This document shows positions 57,836 to 64,000 of a stretch of 64,000 nt of DNA, piece by piece. The translations under genes were made by a program, and so were the position numbers. The stretch spans positions 64,001 to 128,000 of IMG/VR virus record IMGVR_UViG_3300035190_001334; one strand, 5' to 3'. The DNA is from a virus. The notes under the pieces were generated by a model. It saw only the letters and a program-made list of their open reading frames with translations, had not been told where the DNA came from and did no database searches. Every line of letters starts with the position of its first letter. The stretch's first letter is position 1.

Positions 57836-58077
57836 TGATTACCATCGCCTACAAATTTCCACATCACCCTGAGTGGGATTGTGTCAATGAAGCTGATAAC
57901 CTGCTATTCTCTCCTTTCGATGGTAAAGAAGAAGATGCTGTGACAATAGCTTCGCTCATCAACTCCAAGAAGCTAAAAATACTCGGACACCCGAAAATCG
58001 GGAGTATTGGTACAGCAGACTTCAAACAACGAGCAACTATTACTGGCTTAGATAGCCTCACGGTGACTTTCTCATGA
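57835..58077 (+). CDS. Hypothetical protein
   Basis: TAATG overlap. Confidence 0.55.
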   Translation: MITIAYKFPHHPEWDCVNEADNLLFSPFDGKEEDAVTIASLINSKKLKILGHPKIGSIGTADFKQRATITGLDSLTVTFS

Positions 58078-58256
58078 ACACATCACATCAAGAGTTTTGG
58101 GAGTTGGCAGAAAAACACTGGCTGACTCCTGCATTACTAGGTCAAATCACCAGCGCACCGATTAAAGTGTTGCTAGATTGGCTCAACAATGAAACTACGC
58201 CTGAATCTGCCTTGAATGATTTAAAAAAGTACCTAAATTATGACTCGGCAAATTAA
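58074..58256 (+). CDS. Small hypothetical protein
   Basis: ATGA overlap. Confidence 0.55.
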   Translation: MNTSHQEFWELAEKHWLTPALLGQITSAPIKVLLDWLNNETTPESALNDLKKYLNYDSAN

Positions 58257-58558
58257 AGATAATGTTCCGCTAGAGCTAGTGACAATCGATGACAAAAAGA
58301 TTATCATTACTTATAATTCCGAAACAAAGCAGCTAGTCGTTAAGGCTGGCGCTAACACATTGAAATCGAGATTGGTGAATTAATATGTCGATAAAACTGA
58401 ATAAAGAAGGACGATACAAAATTTCCTTTGAAGATGGTACAGATGTAATCGTTACGTCAGATAATTGCTTCTTTGCGACCGTCGGTGAAAATCTTATCGG
58501 TTACACAACTATTGATGTGAAGTTCAACTCGAAAATCAGTAAAGTGGAGCGTTTGTAA

Positions 58559-58906
58559 ATGAAAGTACATTACCTACACGTAATTGTAATTGACCACGAT
58601 GCTCTAGGAGCCGATGAAGTTGAGCGCGTCCTCGAAGATGCGAATTACCCGAACGATTGCATTGCCCCTAATGTAATCAAGTCTCAGACCGCAGAGGTTG
58701 GTGATAACCCGTTGAACCACAGCAACACTCAAGCTGCTGAAATTGAGCGATTGTTCAGTGCTTGGCAACCGATTGAAACTGCACCTAGAAATAAGCGTAT
58801 TTTAGTTTGTACTGATGAACACGTTTGGGTTAATAAATTAGATAGACAAATCTTTGAGAGTGAGCTTTTAGGTTGGATGCCCTTGCCAAATCCCCCTCAA
58901 GGCTGA
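58559..58906 (+). CDS. DUF551-like C-terminal domain protein
   Basis: WQPIETAP...ILV...WMPLPNPP. Confidence 0.7.
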   Translation: MKVHYLHVIVIDHDALGADEVERVLEDANYPNDCIAPNVIKSQTAEVGDNPLNHSNTQAAEIERLFSAWQPIETAPRNKRILVCTDEHVWVNKLDRQIFESELLGWMPLPNPPQG

Positions 58907-59076
58907 TGCTAAGCTAAGTAAAATCACTTACTATTACTTGCAATGAATACCAAAAAATACGTTGTTGACGACTCAACCGCACAAACTATTTTCAAGACTA
59001 TTCAGAAACATCAAGTCACTCGTCGAGAGTGCATTCTCGCTTCTCAGTACTGCCACATTATCCATAGGAATTTCAC

Positions 59077-59307
59077 ATGGTTAGCCGCTTAATTCGTTGG
59101 CTATTTAAACGCAATTCACTTAGCACATATATTTACCGCACCGAACAACTCCTTGCAGAAAAAAAGTATTGTGAGGCTGATGCTTGCGCTTTTTTAGGGT
59201 TGCAACTTTTTCCCAATCAACCTGAGCTTCTTCAGCTTAAACGTAACGCCGAAAAAATGTTCTCTTCTTATCTATATTCGCAGGAGTTAGGTCATGAGCA
59301 ATTTTGA
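59077..59307 (+). CDS. Hypothetical protein (TPR-like helix pair)
   Basis: RBS agga; GLQLFPNQPEL. Confidence 0.55.
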   Translation: MVSRLIRWLFKRNSLSTYIYRTEQLLAEKKYCEADACAFLGLQLFPNQPELLQLKRNAEKMFSSYLYSQELGHEQF

Positions 59308-59872
59308 AATCTGGTATGCAATCAAGAATGCCAACAAGTACCTGTCTTTCACTAAAAGCAAAAACGATATTTCACATCATGCTTATGATGGTTTTGCAAT
59401 TACAGAACTAGCTGTCTCGGTACTTGAAAAACGCGATTCTCCTGCCACAAACTATGTCGCATTAATCGAGAACGATAAGATTGCAGCGATTATGGATTTC
59501 GAGTTGGCATTTCATCTTTATGACGACTTGACGAACATTTACCCTGTTGTTGTCGAACCAATTGTTCGCTGCCAAAGATGCGAGATTGCTTATATCGGCG
59601 GCGTATTCCATTGGAGCTACAAGTTTCAACCTACAACTCCTGAAGCAGTGCTGGCGAAAGTCTGCATTCCGACTGCGGGACATGGCGACAAGCAAAACAT
59701 CCCTTGCCTTGCCAAGCAGTTGCACGAATCTGATTTGGGCTTACTGCAAAAGACACCCGCAGAGTTGACCGACTTTGTTCGAGCCAACAATAACGCGATT
59801 GAGTTTGAGCTGCCTGATGAAGATTATTACTTGAAAATGGCAAAGGAGATTCTGAACGATGAACAGCACTAA
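59294..59872 (+). CDS. Hypothetical protein with CxxC
   Basis: CQRC...FHWS...KVC...PC. Confidence 0.65.
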   Translation: MSNFEIWYAIKNANKYLSFTKSKNDISHHAYDGFAITELAVSVLEKRDSPATNYVALIENDKIAAIMDFELAFHLYDDLTNIYPVVVEPIVRCQRCEIAYIGGVFHWSYKFQPTTPEAVLAKVCIPTAGHGDKQNIPCLAKQLHESDLGLLQKTPAELTDFVRANNNAIEFELPDEDYYLKMAKEILNDEQH

Positions 59873-60314
59873 TTTTGAAACTACTGCGCTAGACCTTCTA
59901 GACAAAATGTACGAGGCAATACCCAAAGAGTGCCAACCCCTTCCCAGAGGTGTACTACAATCGAAAAATGCCCTTGCGAATTTGATTCGAGGAGTATCCC
60001 AAGAGCAAATTCCTTCTGAAATCGAGTCTAAAAAAGTAAGTATCGGTGATACTGTATATTATTTAGGGTCTAGCTCGGTGCAAATTGGTGTAGTAAGAAG
60101 GGTAGTGACTGTTGAAGGTTATCCTGTATCAGGTAATCCAAGAGAAGGTTCTGTAAGATACTCTGAAACACCTAAAATTCAAAAAGAGTATTTTGTATTG
60201 CCCCAGAGTGCTATTCCTTTAATAGGGGGCTATAGCACTGCTGAAGAGTTTTACGTCAAATTAAACTCCCGTCAACTTTTCACAACTAAACAGGAGCTAC
60301 TAGATTCACTATGA
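59859..60314 (+). CDS. Hypothetical protein, paralog of 61052-61429
   Basis: IGDTVYYL ... LFTTKQELLDSL. Confidence 0.65.
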   Translation: MNSTNFETTALDLLDKMYEAIPKECQPLPRGVLQSKNALANLIRGVSQEQIPSEIESKKVSIGDTVYYLGSSSVQIGVVRRVVTVEGYPVSGNPREGSVRYSETPKIQKEYFVLPQSAIPLIGGYSTAEEFYVKLNSRQLFTTKQELLDSL

Positions 60315-60499
60315 GCGATACAACTTTCAAATTCGATATCGGGCAACGTGTCCGATTTGGCACACAAGCAAGCATCTTCGAGGTGTACTCGCACTACGCT
60401 CCAGAAGACGGCTCAGAGCATCAATACTACCTGAAGAGTGCAACTACACCTAGCTATTTACAATGGGCGCTAGAGAGCGATTTAAGCGAGGTTATTTAG
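60311..60499 (+). CDS. Small SH3-like hypothetical protein
   Basis: FKFDIGQRVRF...W..ESDL. Confidence 0.6.
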   Translation: MSDTTFKFDIGQRVRFGTQASIFEVYSHYAPEDGSEHQYYLKSATTPSYLQWALESDLSEVI

Positions 60500-60992
60500 A
60501 TTTCTTGGGTTCGTAACGTTTTTCGCCAGTTTTGAATCTCTTATCGTTTTCGAGTACACCATCAGCGCTTGCCCTGCTCAAGTCTCGCGCCCCATCTTTT
60601 TCATAATTTGCTTTACCTTCTTTTCTGTAGCGGTCAGCGATTTCCTTTGTAGGGTCGCTGGCTCCTGCCGTCGCTCTTGGCTTGCGAGGCTCGACATACT
60701 TCAATGTGGTGTCCTTGGCAGTCTTCTCTCTTTCTGCCGCCTTGTTAGCTTCATTCTTATCACGAAGAGCTTTGTTGGCACGTTGTTTGGCTTCAGATGC
60801 GCCTTTACCCAAATCGGTGTAGCTGGCGTTTTTCTTGGGGTCAGTCCAAGCTTTCTTGCTGGCAATATCCTTAACGGCTCCTACAGTTGTTTTGATATCT
60901 GCTTTGGCGCGAGTTAACCAACGGTCGAGATTGCCAATGGCGAAGTCAGCTTCGTTGCCTAGAGGCGAGTTCATGTGTTTGTAATCTGTCAT
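60492..60992 (-). CDS. Basic protein with N-terminal ADF motif, putative head cargo
   Basis: Lone minus-strand gene; HMNSPLGNEADF; upstream TGATACAAT extended -10. Confidence 0.6.
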   Translation of the reverse strand: MTDYKHMNSPLGNEADFAIGNLDRWLTRAKADIKTTVGAVKDIASKKAWTDPKKNASYTDLGKGASEAKQRANKALRDKNEANKAAEREKTAKDTTLKYVEPRKPRATAGASDPTKEIADRYRKEGKANYEKDGARDLSRASADGVLENDKRFKTGEKRYEPKKSK

Positions 60993-61051
60993 TTGATAGA
61001 TGCAATTTTTGTTATTTTATTTTATTGTATCAGGATTAGCGAGAGGTACTT

Positions 61052-61429
61052 ATGTCTAATTACCAAATCAACACCAGAATCGAAAAACTTCGAGCTACAG
61101 GCAATTCACAAGAATTTCTAGATGCTCTTCATTGCCTTGAGTTAGCTATTAAAGACTTACTTGAGAATAATCCCACTTTCAAGTTTGCGGTGAGTCAAGA
61201 AGTCTGGTTTCTCAAGAATGATAAGGTGCAGAAAGGAAATGTGCGACTTCGTCAGATTACTGAGAGCAGTGAAAAACTACGAGACGAAGTAGATTATTTC
61301 AATAGAAGTACAGATGACAAACTTATTATTGTATATTCTTTATCTGAATCTAAGACCGCAGACCCAAATTGGTTGCTCGATGAACGTACTCTATTTGCAA
61401 GTAAAGCTGACTTGTTGGAGTCACTGTAA
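61052..61429 (+). CDS. Hypothetical protein, paralog of 59859-60314
   Basis: VSQEVWFL ... LFASKADLLESL. Confidence 0.65.
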   Translation: MSNYQINTRIEKLRATGNSQEFLDALHCLELAIKDLLENNPTFKFAVSQEVWFLKNDKVQKGNVRLRQITESSEKLRDEVDYFNRSTDDKLIIVYSLSESKTADPNWLLDERTLFASKADLLESL

Positions 61430-61680
61430 TGTACCATACCACTCGTGAAGGAAAGCAAATTCTTATTAAGGATATGACAACTCAACATATCCTTAACACT
61501 ATTAAAGTTCTTGAGGGAAATATTAGTAGAAAATATCTTGCGGAACTTTTAATTCGTACTAAACAGTATGGTAGTATTACCACACTTCTTGAGGAAATTC
61601 GTGACGATGAGTATGGGGACGACAATGAAAACTACAGAGAAGACCATTTTGGAATGATGGAATATTCGGAGACTTTTTAA
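61429..61680 (+). CDS. Hypothetical phage protein
   Basis: TREG..I.IKDMTT.HI.NTI motif. Confidence 0.65.
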   Translation: MYHTTREGKQILIKDMTTQHILNTIKVLEGNISRKYLAELLIRTKQYGSITTLLEEIRDDEYGDDNENYREDHFGMMEYSETF

Positions 61681-62090
61681 TGTTAATTGTAGGACATCTC
61701 AAAGAACGTCAACTTGACTCAGATATTCGCTGTGACCGAGCAACTGCGCTTGGCAACCCTTTTGATTTAGTCAGTGAAGAATTTCGTGACGAAGTTTGCG
61801 ATGCTCATGAAGCTTACTTAAAACTAGTAATCAGACGTTACAATGCTGGCATGAAAGACCAATATGTTGACCCTAGAGAGATTAGTAAAACACTCCCAAT
61901 CTCGAAAGTCTGGAAAACACCCTCAACGAAAGATATCGTTTTTAAGTTGCATCAGCTTGTACCTTTGTATAAAGAAAAGAAAGTATATAGAGTGAGGTGT
62001 TGGTGTCGTCGAAGTGATGCTGTCGAACTTGTACCTCGATGTCATTTAGATACGGTTGTTCGTTGTGTAAAATATTGGAGTGAGAAATAA
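61680..62090 (+). CDS. DUF4326-like protein
   Basis: DR...LGNPF...R.EVC ... CWC ... CH.D. Confidence 0.7.
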   Translation: MLIVGHLKERQLDSDIRCDRATALGNPFDLVSEEFRDEVCDAHEAYLKLVIRRYNAGMKDQYVDPREISKTLPISKVWKTPSTKDIVFKLHQLVPLYKEKKVYRVRCWCRRSDAVELVPRCHLDTVVRCVKYWSEK

Positions 62091-62528
62091 GTGTCGGCAA
62101 TCAACTGTCTTGGTGACGAAGAAGTGTATGGTGAAGTTGTAGAAGGTTGGACTCTCGTAAGATTAGTTAGACCTACCAACCACAAATCCCCTGAAGGTCT
62201 AAGGAGTACCCACCAACACTCTACAAAACTGCACAACGATGTGTATATGTTTTGGAATGATTGGGGTCTAACACGAAGTAATGACCCAGATTTCATTTTC
62301 AGATGCGACCCATTACCTAAAACTAGTCGCTCGAAGAAACAACTGCAACGCTTCCAACACTACAGAGAACGCTTGACAGGTGATGTAGAGATTGGGTATA
62401 GTTTAATGGCTGCTTGTCTTAAAGCTGGCTATAATCCCAAGAAACTGCGTCTTGCAGAGTGGTTAATGGATAGAATGTATCATCACTTGAAAAATTTGGA
62501 TTGGAAACCTTTGTATACTAATCACTGA
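62091..62528 (+). CDS. Hypothetical protein
   Basis: Collinear ORF, GTG start. Confidence 0.6.
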   Translation: MSAINCLGDEEVYGEVVEGWTLVRLVRPTNHKSPEGLRSTHQHSTKLHNDVYMFWNDWGLTRSNDPDFIFRCDPLPKTSRSKKQLQRFQHYRERLTGDVEIGYSLMAACLKAGYNPKKLRLAEWLMDRMYHHLKNLDWKPLYTNH

Positions 62529-62529
62529 A

Positions 62530-62748
62530 ATGAAAACCCTTCGTAAATACATTCAACAACTTGAAGCTCTTGCAGATAAGTATGGCGACGATACTCCTGT
62601 AGTTCGCAAACAAACATGGCAAGAATCAGGCAAACCTGTCAAATATTCGATGGCTGTTGTACCTAGAGTTATTTCTAAAGATAAAAAGCCGCAAATTCTA
62701 ATCAATCCTGACCAAGTTACAGTTGATTGGGGAAGATTATATGACTAG
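62530..62748 (+). CDS. Hypothetical protein
   Basis: Collinear ORF. Confidence 0.6.
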   Translation: MKTLRKYIQQLEALADKYGDDTPVVRKQTWQESGKPVKYSMAVVPRVISKDKKPQILINPDQVTVDWGRLYD

Positions 62749-63199
62749 AAATAAAAGTAACGACTACCGCCGCTACCGAACATCGATGTACGCCTACAAC
62801 CAACATCAGCGACCAGAAGGTAAACGTGGCGCTCACAAGTTGAAACGCCTAGCTTGGAGGGAAGAGATTGCTACGCTGGTAGAAGAGAATCGGCTCCAAA
62901 AAATCAGCAACATCGAAGACTTGGTACTTGTGCTGGTGAAAGCTGGCTACAAGGTCAGTAAAGGTAAGAAGGATTTCCACTACCGATTCGAGAATGACAC
63001 TATTTTTGGCTTGTTCGGTGGTGAAGGCGATTACGCGATGTCCCCATATACCGAAAACAAAATTTGTGCAGCAATCCGTTGCACTTTTGACCGATGGAGT
63101 ACCGCAGAGATTCTTGATTTAGAGTTCATCGGTAAAGATGCAGAAGAGATTTTGTTAACATTGAAAGACCTCGAACACGGAGATTGGATTAACTTATGA
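62741..63199 (+). CDS. Hypothetical protein
   Basis: Start MTRNK (62741). Confidence 0.6.
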   Translation: MTRNKSNDYRRYRTSMYAYNQHQRPEGKRGAHKLKRLAWREEIATLVEENRLQKISNIEDLVLVLVKAGYKVSKGKKDFHYRFENDTIFGLFGGEGDYAMSPYTENKICAAIRCTFDRWSTAEILDLEFIGKDAEEILLTLKDLEHGDWINL

Positions 63200-63483
63200 T
63201 TAATTTACAAGAAGCATTTGAAAAGTATTCTTCCGAGTCACATACATTTCCACAAATCCAAAACCCTCTGCATCCAAAAAGACCTGATATTGCAGCTTTT
63301 TTACTTTTAGACAAGTTAGTACCTAACGATGGCTATAACATCATTGGAGGTGCTGGTCATGATGTAATTTGGTTAGACACTAATATAGAATTACTTGCAG
63401 AAGTTGCCACAGAAGAAGATATTTTGTATTTGTACCGTTGTGGTGTAAGGCTGGGTGATGACACCTTGGAGATGTTTACCTAA
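63196..63483 (+). CDS. Hypothetical phage protein
   Basis: RPDIAAFLLLDKL...HDVIWL...RCGV. Confidence 0.7.
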   Translation: MINLQEAFEKYSSESHTFPQIQNPLHPKRPDIAAFLLLDKLVPNDGYNIIGGAGHDVIWLDTNIELLAEVATEEDILYLYRCGVRLGDDTLEMFT

Positions 63484-63668
63484 TGGAAGATGAAATTGAC
63501 CAACCTCGGCTAACAAATCGTGAGCGTTCGCGTAAACCTCATAAAACGTTGGGTTGGTGTAGTACTTGTGATAGGGATATGGTAAGTGCTGGTAGTAGAT
63601 GCCCTACTTGTGGTAAACGCGAGTCTGGAAACGAAGCTAGAAAAAGAGATGTGAGGATATATGAGTAA
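63483..63668 (+). CDS. Small zinc-ribbon protein
   Basis: WCSTCDR...RCPTCG. Confidence 0.65.
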   Translation: MEDEIDQPRLTNRERSRKPHKTLGWCSTCDRDMVSAGSRCPTCGKRESGNEARKRDVRIYE

Positions 63669-63900
63669 ATGGCAACTTACATTGATTCAAAATGGTAAGA
63701 AACTTCGTAAATTTGGTGGTACTAAGGGTGATGTAAAGTGGGAGACTGAGCGCATGACTCATTGGTTAGAGCATTATGACCGCCATAAACAACTACCTTA
63801 TGCATTAATTAGAGATGTACCTTGTCAATTTGTTGTCTCGAAATACAACAATTCCCGTACTAAAAAGAAAATTATCATGGAAGTTCGCAATTTTGACTAA
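63661..63900 (+). CDS. Hypothetical protein
   Basis: Collinear; RBS gagg. Confidence 0.55.
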   Translation: MSKWQLTLIQNGKKLRKFGGTKGDVKWETERMTHWLEHYDRHKQLPYALIRDVPCQFVVSKYNNSRTKKKIIMEVRNFD

Positions 63901-64000
63901 ACCTAAATTTTTAGATATAAACGACAAAGACCAGTGGTGGGATGGCACTACTTGGAGAAACGAAGGTGAAGAAGGCTCGGAAGAGCTTATGCGAACAAAC

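Overview
This window is a 64 kb segment of a tailed dsDNA phage genome, probably a siphovirus-like phage of a cyanobacterium (host is inference). The left half (1-34.6 kb, mostly minus strand) is the virion module. It carries a tape measure protein, frameshifted tail chaperones, tail and neck genes, a GIY-YIG/AP2 endonuclease, the major capsid, decoration and scaffold genes, four modular Gly-rich 'cargo' ORFs, a Mu-gpI-like prohead protease, MuF, HU, LamG tail-fibre genes and the terminase. A 1.7 kb non-coding switch region follows. The right half is a plus-strand early region of many small genes with an intact IscB/omegaRNA element. Two candidate new systems stand out. (1) A recurring [FY]-x(n)-A-[NESQD]-F motif punctuates the protease, the scaffold and several polyprotein-like ORFs whose modules carry glycine-zipper membrane helices and kinase-like, JAB-like and KTSC-like domains. 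This suggests protease-matured, capsid-packaged effectors. (2) The early leader is rich in RNA structure: tandem TTGACA promoters with rrn boxA-like elements, two copies of a ~250 nt structured repeat with a variable 41-44 nt core, each followed by a different gene enclosed in a long stem, a family of CUA/YAA internal-loop hairpins and a canonical type II hammerhead ribozyme. All functional calls come from motifs read by eye; no searches were run.
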